Shown here in pieces: positions 13,703 through 27,883 of a stretch of DNA of 64,000 nucleotides. Under the pieces are notes generated by a model. That model worked only from the letters and a program-made list of their open reading frames with translations, was not told the origin of the DNA and did not search any database. The stretch comes from Felis catus. Taxonomy: Eukaryota. Made by a program: the position numbers and the translations under genes. Each line of letters starts with the position of its first letter. Position 1 is the stretch's first letter. Location of the stretch: positions 85,190,001-85,254,000 of the forward strand of contig NC_058368.1 of the NCBI RefSeq assembly GCF_018350175.1. Reading direction: 5' to 3'.

Positions 13703-14115
13703 AAAAAAGTAAAGCATAGAATAAAGAAATATACAATGGACATAGTAAGCAATGGGAAAATGGAATAACCAGTGACATTTAGCAAATAAATTTCAAAGTG
13801 AAGACTATTGCAAGACATAATCAAGAGTATTACATAATGGAAAAAAAGAGACAGCTTCAAGAAAGACATAATATTCCAAATTATGTAACAGTGTAACAGA
13901 ACATCCAATTCAATAAAGCCAAGTATTTATAGAAGTGCAAGGAAAACTTGGCCACAAATCAAAGAGATTTTAAAATCCTCTTTCTAAGTGATTGATAAAT
14001 GCTAAGTAATTATCAGTAAAAATATCAGTAAGCATATAGAATTTCCAAATACTGTCACAAAATTTCATACAGTTAAACATTTAAACAACACACTATCTTC
14101 AGAACACAAGTTCAA

Positions 14116-14589
14116 TGTGTAGAGAAGAAAAAATTCTGTGCCATCTTAGAGTCTCTGTCTGGACCAAAGAATTAAATTTACACAAAATGAGATTAACAGG
14201 AGAAAAGTGTACAAGTTTCATTGAGGTTTTACATATCCATGAAAGTCTTCACGAGGCAATGAAGACCCAAAGTTGTGACCAGAGCAGGAAATGTTGTTTT
14301 TCAAAAGAGGGAACAATGAATTTCTGAAGAATTTGCAATGCAGAGGGGTTTGGGCTACAGGTAGAAATGATGAAGAATTAACAAGGTTTGTTTTTACAGC
14401 CTCGTCAGTCCTAAATTCCCTGTCTCTGGTGATAAGGATGTCTTCCTCCTTGTATAGGAGGGCACATTTCACAGGGAGTTTTATCTCCTGCTTTCATAAT
14501 AAAAAGGAGGGTTGTTAGAGCCTGTAACAAAAAAGGAATCAACATGCCAAAGTGGCATATATTGGAGTGAGATGCTCCGAATACCTTCA
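14116..14589 (-). mobile_element. Solo LTR, ERV1 (MER4/MER34-group-like) type
   Basis: TG...CA-bounded ~470-bp segment interrupting an old L1. Motifs 'gagattaacaggagaaaa' and 'tgccaaagtggcatatattggagtg...ccttca' recall this LTR group. No clear TSD; strand is tentative. Confidence 0.6.
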
Positions 14590-15171
14590 TACTCTCAGGA
14601 AGTGAATATGGAAAGTTCATCAAGACAGACAATAGGCTGGCCATTAAATCATTCTCAATATTGTTCAAAGGAAGGAAATCATATGAAGCATATTTTCTAA
14701 TAATAGAGTTAAATTAGAATTCAATAAAAATAATGTTTATAAAAATCCCTCCCCAAATTGGGAATTGAGTAACTATTTCTACGTAAACCTTGGGAATGAG
14801 AAAAAATAAAGAACAGAAATAGAAAATACCTTGAACGTATTTTAATATTGACAACAAAAGCACAACACAAAATTTGTGGCTTCTTCCTAATGCAGCACTT
14901 CATGGTGAAATTGTAACTTTAAATGCTTTCATCAGAATAACAGGTTGAAAATATGTAATGCAAATTTCCACATAACATAACCAGAAAGGCCATACTTTAC
15001 TGAAAGTAGGTAACAGAAAATAGTAATATGGATAAACCTAACTAAAAGTTAAGTAGAAAATATATACAGAATACAAGAATTCAAGCCAAATAAATATTGG
15101 TTCTCTGAAAAAATAATAAAATATGTATGACCCTATTGAGTAAAAAAGAGAGAATTCACAAATTATCAATA

Positions 15172-15398
15172 GGGGTGCATAGGTAGTGCAGTAGTTTAAG
15201 CTTCTGACTCTGGTTTGGGCTCTGGTTATGATCAAACAGTTTTATGGGTTTGAGCCCTAACTAAGGCTCCACACTGACAAGTGTGGAGAGTGCTTGGGGT
15301 TCTCTCTCTCTCTCCCTCTCTCTCTTCCCCTCACCCACTTATGCTGTCTCTTACTCTCTCAAAATAAGCAAACAAACAAAATAGAATGAAAAATAAAA
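15172..15398 (+). mobile_element. Carnivore SINE (older, diverged)
   Basis: Diverged head 'ggggtgcataggtagtgcagtagtttaag', CT tract and A tail. Confidence 0.85.
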
Positions 15399-17671
15399 TA
15401 CCACTGTGTATTCTATGGATTATAAGAGAAAATTATTAAATAATTTTAGTCTAATTACAAATTGAATTTCAGTACACTAAAACAGTGGCTGTTTATTTGG
15501 CCTGTAGATGTAGAAGTCCACTGGGCCCAAAGGCACTTCCCCCTGGGGGCTATCACACAGTCAGGCCATGACTGAGTCTGGGTCACATGACTGGCAAGAT
15601 TGGTATCAGGGCTGAGAAGACTTGTACACGACACATTTTCATGGACTGAACTTGAAGTAACTGAATGTTTTTGTACAGTTTGTGGGGTCAGATGCCTTCT
15701 GGAGAATTTGCACATGAATGCCAAGACCACACTCACATTGCAGGTGGTGTTGTGTCCTGTACAAAAGACTGACTAGAATTTTCTGCAAGTGGGGAAATTG
15801 GAAATGGAAACAATTAAGTTGTAACCAAGAAGTAATTCAAGTTGTTACCATAAAGATGATTGAGCCAATTCTTCTAACTTTTGCAGTAAAGTTCCTGAAG
15901 TGTTTTTACAAAACCACTCTCTTCTCTCCTACAGTCACAGGAACTATGTTGGCAGATACCACTTATCTTGGAGAATAAAATTGCTGATATGGGATATTTA
16001 AAGGACCATTTGTTTCCCAAGATCCAGGATAAATAAGAATTTTCAGAATTCTTAAAATCCAAGAAAATAAAACTAAGTAAGCCTTTGAGAACTACTCACA
16101 GATGCCAGCATGGACTTAGGTCTCTTTCTGTCCACAAATTTGTACCTATGAGAACAGAGATAGGTGCCGTTTTCTGTGCATAACCTATGTTTCCCCTCCA
16201 TTGTCCACAATTTGACTGAAGAGTAAAGTCCAAAGTCAAAACAAACAAGGTTGCAGTGGTCCTTGTTGGAGGCCCACAGGCCTGTGGCTTCCCTAAGTCT
16301 AACCCTGTGAGTAAGAGACACTCTACCTCCCAGCCCAGCCTTGTCTCCCTGTGCACCTGCTCTGTGCTGGGGCAGAGCCAGGTAATGGGTCCTGGGAACC
16401 TGGAGGGAGGCTGGCCTCTGGGTCTGGAAGCCAGGAGCCCCTTGTCTCAGTGAAGGTGCAGTGCCAGGGATGCCCCTCCAGGCTGACCCCACCAGGGCCA
16501 CCCCTCTTTCACTGCCAGACTGGGTTCAGGCAGTTCTGCTTGTAACTCAAGCTCTGGACTCCCAGTCAGAAACCTGAAGTTCTTAGAGGTGCCAGAGCAT
16601 CTTCTGTGGATGCAGGTGGGAAGAGGAGTGGGCTGTGACCTCTGCCCTGTGCCTGAGGGCTCACCCTGGGCTGAGTGGCAGTACTTGTTCTGGGCTGTCT
16701 GGTGGTGCTGTACTTGTCAGTAGTTATCCTCAGCACAGGCTCATGGGCTGCCCTCACTGGGACTTGTGCAAAGTTGCCTGTGATGGTAGAAGACCTTCTT
16801 GGGTGTAAGTGAGACTGTGCAGGGTGTACCCCAGAAGGTGGACTGTCGCTGTGCTCTGTCCCTTAGCATCCTTCCCCTGTCATGGCCTCCTCCCTTCCCC
16901 ACAGGTTGGAGCCTCCCCTTCTCCCTCTGTGTGCCTGTGGTGCTGTGGAACCTGGATGGGCTGGGGGTGACCCTGTGGAGGCCAGTAGGCTCCCCATTCA
17001 GGTGGTACAGGCACGGAGTGTGGTGGGCACTTCCTGTTGGCCCCACTGTATACCACATGGCCCTGATGGCATGGGAGCTTCATGTCTGACCTTCCTAAAA
17101 CGGGGCTTGGTGTTGTTGCTGGCCACACCTCTAACACACTTTCCTGCCTTTCCTGAGCCACCTGTTGCCTCCCTTCTTGTAGTCCTTCTTCCTGGGTCAG
17201 GACCTCAGTTTCTACTGCCCTGATTGCTTGGCCTGGTGCATGGTGTAGACCATCAGAAATGCCGTCCAGGCCCCATCAATAGGAACTCTGCCCCCCCCCC
17301 CCAGCTTCTCAGATGGTTTTCTAGCCAGAACCTTCTCCTGGGCATTGACTCTCCCCTGGTCACTTAGGCTGCTATCTTCCAGGTTCTGTTGCTGCTGTTT
17401 CGGTGGCCACCCTTCATACCACAGGTGTCAGAACCTGGCCTGCAGGGGGGATCCCTGGAGCAGAGAAGAAAGAGGAAGAGGTCAGTACACAGCAGTAGCC
17501 ACAGAGGGCACACGGTTGTAAGTATCAATATTTTTTTTTAATTGCTGGATGACATTTTGCTATACAGGGTTTATCATACTCTGTTTCTCCATTCTTTTCC
17601 TCATGATTATTTTATTGGGTCTGATATGTGATTATTATAGAAAAAACTGGTATAAACATTTATGTACCAAC

Positions 17672-17861
17672 TTTTTATTTATTTTCAAGTGTTTATTTTG
17701 AGAGGGGTGCAGGGAGAGAGAGAGGGACAGAGAATCCCAAGCAGGCTCTCAGCTGTCACCACAGAGCCCCACCCAGGCTCGAACTCAGGAACCCCTGAGA
17801 TCATGACCTGAGCTGAAATCAAGAGTTGGGCGTTTAACTGACTGCCCCGCGCAGGCACCCC
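17672..17861 (-). mobile_element. Carnivore SINE
   Basis: Antisense SINE body; TSD 'taccaactttt'. Confidence 0.9.
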
Positions 17862-18194
17862 TTACCAACTTTTTATAATCATATATTACTAATAAAATTA
17901 CTAAATGTTTAGAAGTATAATTGCTGGGTCATAGGATAGGCACATGTTAGATTTTATGTTTGTACATTTTGCCTGAGTGATATATGTTTTTCTGTAACTT
18001 TCACCAGCTTTACTAAAATATTATTAATATAGCATATGTGACTTTAAGGTGCATAACATGATTATTTGATAAACTTAATATATTGTGAAATCGTTACCAC
18101 AGTAAGATTAACTGACACCTCTATTCTCTCAAATAATTTCCATTTATATAGCAATAACATTTCAAATCAAATTTTTAAATAACTTTCAAGTACA

Positions 18195-18388
18195 GGTGTG
18201 CCTGGGTGGCTCAGTTGGTTAAGTGTCCAACTCTTGAATTCGGCTCAGGTCATGATCTCATAATTTGTGGGGTAGAGCTCTGAGTCAGACTCTGCACTGA
18301 CAGAACAGAGCTTGCTTGCTATTCTCTATCCCTCTCTTCTGCCCCTCCCCCCCTTCTCATTATAAATTTAAAAAAATAAAAAATAAAA
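18195..18388 (+). mobile_element. Carnivore SINE
   Basis: SINE head and A tail; TSD 'aactttcaagtaca' on both sides. Confidence 0.92.
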
Positions 18389-18544
18389 AAACTTTCAAGT
18401 ACATAATACAGTATTGTTAATTATAGGTACCATTCTATACATTTGATCTCAAGACCTTATGGCTCTTATAGGTGGAATTTTGTGCCATGTGACCAACATC
18501 TGCCTGCAGCCAACATTCTAATTTCTATTTCTGACTTAGAGATT

Positions 18545-18983
18545 TTTTAAAATTTTATTTCATTTTATTCATTTATTCATTTTATTTTAATTTTTTTAAT
18601 ATTTATTTTTGAGAGAGAGAGAGAGAGAGACAGAGAGAGAGGATGACACAGAATACAAAGCAGACTCCAGGCTCTCAGCTGTCAGCACAGAATCTGACCT
18701 GGGGCTCAAACCCATGAACCGTAAGATCATGACCTGAGCTGAAGTTTAGTGCTTAACCAACTGAGCCACCCAGACCCCTATTTTATTTTATGTTTAATGT
18801 TTATTTATTTTTCAGAGATAGATAAAGAGAGAGAACCAGTGGGAGAAGAGCAGAGAGAGGGGGACAGAGGATCTGAAGTAGGATCTACACTGAAAGCACA
18901 GAGCCCAATGAGGGGCTCAACCTAACGACTATGAGAGCATGACCTGAGCCAAAGTTGGACGACCGAGCCACTCAGGCAATCCC
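18545..18983 (-). mobile_element. Two carnivore SINEs in tandem (one apparently inserted in the tail of the other)
   Basis: Antisense SINE bodies end at ~18778 and ~18983. Outer TSD-like 'tgacttagagatt' / 'tgacttcagatt'. Confidence 0.88.
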
Positions 18984-18989
18984 TGACTT

Positions 18990-20240
18990 CAGATTGTTTA
19001 GACTCCACATATAATAAGGGAGAACATATAGTTCTAACTTTTTCACTTATCACAATGCACTAAATAGTAATTCATGTTGTAAATGGCAGAATCCCCTCCG
19101 TTTTATGGATGAATAAGATTCTATTATATATTTATATACCACATTTTCTTTATCCACTTATCCATCAGTGGAAACAGGTTGGAAACAGTGGAAACGTTTC
19201 CATATCTTGGCTCTTGGGAATAATGCTCCAGTGAACATGGGGTGCACAAATCTCTTAATAATTATATCATTTCTTTGGATATATAACCAAAATGAGATTA
19301 CTACACTACATGCTGGTTTCTATTTTTAATTTTCTTAAAGACTCTTCATGATGGTTTCCTTAGTGGCTGTAACAAGTTACATTCCCACCAACAGTGCACA
19401 AAGGTTCCTTTTTCTCCATATCTTAGCCAACACTTGTCATCTCTTGTCTTTTGAATAGTAGCCATTCTAACTGGTATGAAGTGATACGTTGTTGTGGTTT
19501 TGATTGTATTTCCTTGATGAGGAGTGTTTGGAGACAAGGTCCTTGGGGACTGGACTGATCTGAGATGGGCTGGGGTTTCTGGCCATGGGAACTGGCTTGA
19601 TGCTGGGGTGAGATGAAAGCATGGATCTGTGGTAGTTGGCCTGGCACTGGGCCCAGGTAGAGGCCTTAATTTGCCCAGGTGGAGCCCAGGTTAGCAGTGA
19701 CTGCTTGGAGCCTGTGGTCACAGAAATCACCTGGGCTGCAGGAGCTAGACAGGGCCAGAGTGGGCCAGGAACCTGAGTTCATGGTGGCTGCCTGTGGATC
19801 ACCAGAACTGCCTAAGTCTGCAGAAGTCACCTGAGACCACTGGAGCGGATATGTGCTGTGCAGAGCCAGAAGCTTGTGTTAGCAGGAGCCTTCAGGGATC
19901 CACCTAGTGCCATGGGGTCATCTTTGTGCTGGGGCTGGCTAGAACAGGGCACATGGTTGAATTGGGCTGTCACTTCACTCTCCTCCCCTGGGGAAGCTCT
20001 ATTTTCTTGCCCTGGTGCTGTCCAGGTATGTGGGAACAATGATAGAGGTAATGTGATTCTATCTTTCCTACCCTACTCAATGTATCTTTTCTTGTCTCTG
20101 TGCTTTATTCCGGAACTCTACTTCCTTACTTGGAATTCTTGGCTCTTGTGAAGGTATTTTTGTGCCTGAATAGTTATTCAAATGGAAGTTTCCATGATAT
20201 GGGGCAATGGGTTTTAGAAGTTTCTATGCCACCTTTTTGT
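18990..20240 (-). mobile_element. Old L1: 3' ORF2/3'UTR piece (to ~19520) abutting a 5'-region-like piece
   Basis: The minus-strand ORF 19346-19537 contains L1 ORF2 C-terminal motifs (IKTTTTYHFIPVRMA, HCWWEC). Confidence 0.7.
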
Positions 20241-22036
20241 TAATGTCAGTCTCCCTCATGATATATTGATCAATGTGTCCTGCCCCATTATATTTCCTTC
20301 CTTCATTTGTTGGAGATAAGTGTTCATGAATGTTCAGGTCTATTTCTACAGACTTTCTTTTCCTTCATTTATTTACATTTAATGCCCAATCCGTAGTCTT
20401 CATTACTGGAGCACTGGAGTAAACCTCTACATCAGACAGTGTAAATCATCTAAATCCGATAGATTTCAATTAAATATTTTTCCACAATTCTTTCTATTAT
20501 TCATACTCTTGTTTTTTTAAATAAATTTTATAATTACTTTGTTAATTTCTCCCAAAAATTATGCTTAAATGTGGTTAAGATTGAAATAAATCTTATCCTT
20601 TGGGTTTTTAATTTCAGTTATGACATTATTGACCTCTGTATTTTTCTTTCTTTACCTTTGTATGGTTTTCATTTTTTTCAATACCTCAAATTTGTCTTCC
20701 AACTTCTCAAACATTTTATCCGTAGATATTTAAATCTATGTCAAATAACACTGGCATTTATTTTGAGGTTTATTTCCCCATTAGAATTGAAGATTTCTGT
20801 TTGTTTTTTCTGTAGAAAACAAAACTCTTTTACTCTATCACCATTTCCTAGAAATCTACCCGGCATATGTTTTATGCTAAAAGTGTTAACTAAATCAATG
20901 AGTAACAAGAAAAAGTTATATTTCTTAAATTCAATGTCACAAATTCATTTTTCTTTTTTAAGGACATTCAAGTCAATTTACATCATTTTTAATATGGACA
21001 CATTTCCATCCCACTGCTTGAAAATTTAATCAAATTATAAAGGCTGTTGTAGTTACTGGGATAGATAAATGGTGCCCTGAAAACACCAATGGTACGAATT
21101 CTGTGCTGTCTTAAATGTCCAAAATGTCTTAAATTGCAGAGCTTTCTGTTTGCCAAATGGAAGGATATCACCGTCTTGCAAACCAATCTCTCAGTGTCAC
21201 ATGTATACCATCCTACTCACAAGGGACACAAACACTAATTCATTAGCTCCAGTTCTCAAAATCTGGCACATTCTTGTTTTTTATTTCAGTAACTTTACAG
21301 TTGTCATAATTGTAAGGCAAGAAATATACTATTTTCTCATACTTGAAAAGTATGAACAAACAGATACTCAAAACCCTTTTAGCCACTGTGAATTTTGTAT
21401 TGGCATACTTTAGTGATACCACTGGAATACGTGCTCACATTGAAATAAAATTTACTTTACATCATCTTGTTGATTATGATCTGTTCTAATAGAATACAAA
21501 ACATAAGCCAAAACATTTGAAACCCTCCCTTGAATGATCCTAGTCTGGAAACACTTCCACATAAGAAGCTTTTGCTCCTATATGAATATAGTGCCACTAA
21601 GAATTCGTTTTGAAAATCTCAATAGAGTTTCTTCTCTTGTTGAGGTGATGGTGTTAACAGGTTTCATCAAAGATAACAGATTATTTCTCTCATTTGTTAG
21701 ACTTTCTTTGTGATAATTTTTTTTTGTTTGTGTAGCTTTTTATATCTGAAGATAACTAGCTCCTCTCAGTGTTGTTTGGAACTTTGTACATGCTAATACA
21801 TTTCACTAAGTAAATTATATTCTCACTTGGAATTTGTCACCCTTGCCTAAATCAAACAAAAAAACAAACAAACAAATGCCAAAGAACTCATAATGGCATT
21901 TTTACCTATTTTTCAATTCCTCTTTGTGCAATAGAAAACTGGATAATTAAGAAAGAGAAAAAGGAAATATTAAAGTAGAAGAGAGGCCTGGATAATGTAT
22001 ATATTAAAATTGATAATGTACAAATAAGGGGACCTG

Positions 22037-22226
22037 TTTTTTTTAAACACTTATTTATTTTTGAGGAGAGTTCAAGTGGGGGAGGGGGAGACAGAGGAGG
22101 CAGAGGATCTGAAGTGGGCTCTGCACTGACAGCAGTGAGCCCAATGTGGGGCTTGAACTCAGCAGCTGGGAGATCATGACCTGAGCAGAAGTCAGACACT
22201 CAACCAACTGAGCCACCCAGGCACCC
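22037..22226 (-). mobile_element. Carnivore SINE
   Basis: Antisense SINE body ending 'agccacccaggcaccc'. Confidence 0.9.
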
Positions 22227-22668
22227 TGAGAAGACCTGGTTTTATTAGAGTAGACTCATTATAATTCATGTGACTTCCATGGGGCTGAGTAGCATGTTGC
22301 TAAAAAAGAAATATTTTAGTTGAGAAAAAGAAGATATATTTGCTAATTGAGGATTAGGAGTAACTCTTTAGTTGAGGACTGCATAGTGTCATGTAGGATG
22401 GGTAAATTCACTTGGGGGCTGCCAGCACAAACCAGAGTAGGCATAAAGCAGTTCCTTTACCATCATAAGGTAAGGATGTTCTGGTAATCATATTGCAATA
22501 TTGAAATGTATCAAATCAACATGTTGTATACCTTAAACTTACACAATGTTCTATGCCAATTATATCTCAATAAAGATGAAACACTAAAACATTTTAAAAG
22601 AACCAGACAGGTAAGTAACTTTGTTCTTTTCACACTGCACTTACTCTCTTTTGAAAACAGTGTGCACA

Positions 22669-22868
22669 GGGGTGCTTGGGTGGCTCAGTTGGTTATGCAT
22701 CCAACTTTGGCCCAGATCATGATCTCACAGTTTGAGTTTGAGCTCTGCATTGGGCTCTGTGCTGTCAGTGCAGAGATTGCTTCAGATCCTCTGTCTCCCT
22801 CTCTCTCTGCCCCTCCCGTTTGTACACTCTCTCTCAAAAATAAATATTAAAAAAATAATAAAATAAAA
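22669..22868 (+). mobile_element. Carnivore SINE
   Basis: Head 'ggggtgcttgggtggctcagttgg', A tail and TSD-like 'gtgtgc'. Confidence 0.9.
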
Positions 22869-24320
22869 GGTGTGCCCACTGCATACCTGTATACTTTGGA
22901 AATTTATATCTTATCATTTAATCTTCCTAGAGTTTTGGGATACACAGAAAGAAAAGCAAGTCTATCAAGAGAAATTGACCCATGTGATGGAGCATAATTT
23001 ATGTAAACCTTCTTAAGTCACTGAAAAAATGACAGGAAAGAAAAAGTGTAGAACCAGAACAAATGAAAATATTGAGTGGAGGGAAAATGATGAATTAATT
23101 TCAGGGTTCACCTTATACTATGCAAACTTTAAGCCTATTTGTTCACCTTACATTTTAGGGTCTGCTTCCTTCTGATACTCTTACAAAATATATTCTTTAG
23201 GGATAGTCACTATTATGTGAAGAACACATGGTTTTGTTATTCTCCAAGGTGCTGTACAGAATTTGCATCATATCATCAGACTAATCACTTACTATAATCA
23301 AGAGGGTAAACAACCCAAGGTTTGGGTAAGTGACTACCTGAACTGGATCATTATAGACCTGTGTGCATGTTGGATTTGTGTGTAATACCATTAAGGACAA
23401 TTTACACCCTTTACAGGAAATGATTTTTTATGAAGTCAGTGGTAGAAACTTTGATACCAAATTATTTCAACTATCAAAGATATTCTTCTTTCTGTATATT
23501 GAGGTTACAAAATACTTAGAATATATGTATTATGTGTCAATGTTTCCGATATGGTATTTTTTTATTTTTATGGTTGAGGAATGAAAAAATAATAATTTTT
23601 GGCAAGTCTCACTGTTCTGAAATTCACATGCTTTTAAAATTTTGTGAAAATTATTCTTGAAAGTCTAATGTAGAGTTGTGAAGTTTGAGCATGAGATATT
23701 TGAGGTCATGAATAAAAAATTGCATGGTGAAAAGATACTTGCCACATAATTATGAAGAGTTAGGAGAACTGTAGATGGTGACAGATGATAATTAGAATTG
23801 TGAGCACTGCATAATGTAGAGAATTGTCAAATCACTATATTATACACCTGAACCTAATATAAAATTGTATTTCAACTATACTTCAATATACAACTTTTTT
23901 AAAAGTCAATTTGAAGAAACATTACATAAAATTGGAAAGTCCCTAGTATTGCTTGTGAGGTTTTATAGAAGCAATGTAATTGTATATATTCATATAATTG
24001 TACCATACAGCCTCTATTAAACGTTTTAGTTTTTAAGCCAGTCCATTCAACTTGGAAAGAGGTAGTGGAAATTATCTGCCCTTTTTGTAGTACACATAGG
24101 GACTTAATTTTATTTTCTTCTCTCAAATGTGTTAATGTTTGGATCATAGCAAAACTGATAGAACAATTCTGTTTTTTTTCTAAATAATCAAATGTATGCC
24201 CAATAAAATGTCATTTTTATTCAAGCTATATGTAATTAGGGTTGCATTTGGTGGTGTGAGATGTTTGGTACATTTTATTATTTCTATATGGGATTTTTAC
24301 ATTTTTACATACAAATTGTA

Positions 24321-25175
24321 ATGGCAAAACAGGGATGAGGGTTCCAGGACCATCACCAACCTGTTTTTTGTGGATTTTCCAGTTGCCCCAGTTCCAGTTC
24401 TCCTTTTCTTCCACTTCTTTCTGGTCTACCTCATGAATTTATTTGGAAACACAGTCATTATCACCTTAGTCATTCTGAACTCCATTCTACAGATAACCAT
24501 ATATTTCTTCCTCTGTATCTGGCTGGCTTTTCTTAACATGCTGTTTGTATCATTGTTTTCCTCCAGGTGTTCTTAAACTGTTACGAGCAGAAAAGGCATA
24601 TATTACTTCTGCTTGAGCAGGACACAACTGAGTACTGTCTCCTTGTATTGACGGCTTTGGATTTCTCCACGATCATTTGTTACCTCTATGACCTTGTCTA
24701 TTTGTGGCATTGCCTCTGGGGGCCTAGACATCTGTAGTGGTGCCTCTCTACTTCACAATCCTATTTCATGGTCCATAAATTCTTGAATATATTTTCTGGT
24801 AATAGCCTATTCTTCTTCACACATGTTCTCTGCTGAAGTATCCTTACAAAAGACCATGATGGTCATAGGTTGGGCTAGGACAATGTTATTCCCATTCCCC
24901 CTCATTATACTCTCTTACCTTCATTTCTTAGTGGCTGTGATGAAAGTAGAATCAACTAAGGAAAACCAGCAACAACAACAAAAACCTCCAAACGTACTTC
25001 CCTCATTATTGTGGTGACCATACAGTATGGAACAGGATTGATCACTAACATGAAGCCCAAATCTCTCTATTCATCAGAGGGAGACAAACTGATTTTGTTC
25101 TATATGGTCATCAACCTTATGTTGAATCCTTTCATTTGTAGCTTGAGAAACAAGAAAGGGAAGGTAGTTGTGTGA
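24321..25175 (+). pseudogene. Olfactory receptor pseudogene (class II), multiply frameshifted and partly deleted
   Basis: TM1-TM2 remnant LLFFHFFLVYLMNLFGNTVIITLVILNSILQITIYFFLC; TM5 remnant FPLIILSYLHFLVAVMKV; TM6-7 remnant VTIQYGTGLITNMKPKS...MLNPFICSLRNK ending in TGA at 25173-25175. No intact MAYDRY motif. Confidence 0.88.
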
Positions 25176-25627
25176 AGTCTTGAGGAAAATAAATCTATAC
25201 ATATCTTTAATAAATAAAACAAAGGAAAATACATATTTATATGGATTATTTGACCACTAGAAGCATTTTTGAAGTTCTAACTTGCACCTCTTATATCATG
25301 TGTTCTCTTAGTTTTTTTTTTTTGGTTGTATTCAAATTTTCATATTTTTCAAATTATGTTTCAAATAATTATAATTTATGCTTAATAATTTAATAGTTTA
25401 ATAATTATTTATATTTAAATAATTACATTTTAACCGAGGTTAGTGACAATTAATTAATACTTTGAATAAATAATTTTAAGTAATTTTCCAAATGAAATGT
25501 AAATTGTTTAAAAACAATAATAGCATTGTCGAATATTTAGGTAATTTTACACAATATTTTTTTTCCAAATTTGAATGGATTTCTCAGAACTAATGACGAT
25601 ATGGAGCAAATTAGGAAAGCATATATA

Positions 25628-25839
25628 TTTTTAATTTTTTTAAGGTTTATTTATTTTTGAGAGAAAGAGAGAGAGAGAGAGACAGAGTGTGAGCAGAGGA
25701 GCGGCAGAGAGAGAGGGAGACATAGAATCTGAAGCAGGCTCCAAGCTGGAGCCCATCACGGGGCTTGAACTCATGAACCGTGAGATCATGACCTGAGTTG
25801 ATGTTGGATGCTTAACTGACTGAGTCACCCAAGCACCCC
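25628..25839 (-). mobile_element. Carnivore SINE
   Basis: Antisense SINE body with (GA)n tract. Confidence 0.9.
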
Positions 25840-26730
25840 TATGAATGCATATATTGATCATACTAAAGAGGGCTTTTGTCCTCTCTACCATGAGCTTTAC
25901 AGAAATTTTTAAATTTATGCTACTTTCCTTGTATGTGTGCATATACTGATTATTGTGAAACATAATGACAATAGTTACGGATTACAGCTATCTTCACCAT
26001 AACTATGATTTTTTATGTAACAGAAATATTTCTTCAAATATCAGCTGTATGTTTCATAGGTTAATATTTTTGTAACAAGACACTGTTCGCTACCAAAATT
26101 TGTATTCACATTATGAAGCCTAAGAAAATTGTGTATACAACTATCAAATTTAAATTATAATGGGATTCACAATAATGTCAGAAGTTATACTGGCAATAGA
26201 ATGAAATTCCTGTGAATTTATTTTATGCACTCAATGAAAAAAAAAGGAACATTATAAAAATTAATTTAACTTATTTTGTAGTAGATAACATCAGTATATC
26301 ATTTAACTGCTCTAAAAACTCCATTCCTGAAATTTAAACTGATATATTAATAGATAAGGCATCATTTGCTATCCATGCATAAGGAAATATGGACTATAAA
26401 TGAGGGAAGTTAATTAAAGAAAGTATTAATTTAAGTAAATTGTCATGTTTTATACATTTGCATGTAAAATTTTACACACCTGGTAAAATATCATCTTTAG
26501 AGTATAGTAACAGTGGCTGTATTGAAAAATCTAGTTCTGATTTCCACACAAGGATACGATTATGGCAAACTTAATGGTTGATAAATATCAACAAACATGT
26601 TTGACAAATTATGTAATTCATACACACTCTTGAAAATCAGAAATTCATTACATGTTTATTTAAAGTGTATGTTGTTTTGAGCTATTGCTATGAAATATAT
26701 ATTGCCAAAAACCCACATTATAAAGAATAA

Positions 26731-26736
<6 letters not shown>

Positions 26737-26765
<29 letters not shown>
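26737..26765. repeat. (TG)n microsatellite
   Basis: Read directly from the sequence. Confidence 0.9.
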
Positions 26766-26769
<4 letters not shown>

Positions 26770-27590
26770 TTTTCAAAGACTAAATAAATGCCTGAACCCA
26801 CTTAACAGAATCATATGTATTATTCAATATAATATGCACCAAGCAGGCATGAGTGCTCAGCCTCTATATACATGTGCAGATTATTATTTTTCTTTTTCTC
26901 CTCCTCCTCCTCCCTTTCTTCCTCCTTACCTATGTTTTCCTATCCTTTCTACTAAGTCCCCTAACTAGCAGCTGGATAACTTCTGTGATCTAACAAGTGT
27001 GGCATAAGCCATGACAATACTGGCTGAAACCCAGTATATTCGGGGTCACCATATTGAGTGCCTTATTTATAATCATTTTATAAATGTACCATACTTAGGA
27101 CCTTATTTATATAATAATTTTATAAATATAAAATCACACTGATAAAGACAACTGTGTGCTATCATCAAATAATACTCTTAGATATTCTCCATCAATCAAG
27201 GATCAAGAAAAGATAGAACTAATTCCTATCACCTTTTAAAATCTGACCATGTATAAAGATGGAAACCCAATTCCTGCATATTCTTCTCACATGCCATTGG
27301 CTAAACTAGTCTGTGAATGAAGTGGGAAATACCAAGTAAAGATTTACAAACTCATCTTGGCTTGCTTCACTGCTTACTTAGATGTGGTATTCATCCCTTG
27401 AGGTATCCACCACTAAATTACCAGCTGACATCATGTTTCATCTTCTTGAAGAACATTCCTTATTATATGTTTCTGCACTGGTACCATTAGCTCAGTTTTT
27501 ATGTTAAAAAAAACTACCTTTATTTATTAATTTTTTTGTTTATTTCCTGAAAATTTGATAATATATTCCAAATGTCAAGATATTTTACCC

Positions 27591-27593
<3 letters not shown>

Positions 27594-27623
<30 letters not shown>
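27594..27623. repeat. (TG)n microsatellite
   Basis: Read directly from the sequence. Confidence 0.9.
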
Positions 27624-27626
<3 letters not shown>

Positions 27627-27883
27627 CACCAAGTAGTTACTTAATACATTTCTCTGTATAGTACAAATAACACACACATCAGGCTCAACATTCAGAAAAT
27701 TTTTTTTCTTAATACTGAGTTCATAATAAAATTTTCCCAAGTGAGAGCAGAAAGTCATGATAGAAAGGAGATGTATTTTCTATTATCTCAATGTAAAACA
27801 ATATAAATTAATAAAATATACTTTCCCAGTTGTACTGCTTTCATCTCCACATTTTTTCCACTTGTCTGCATGAATAGAGAGGT

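Noticed and set aside
16073..16501. DFG tripeptide in a minus-strand ORF suggesting a kinase
   Set aside because: No HRD, VAIK or APE motifs in context; chance match.
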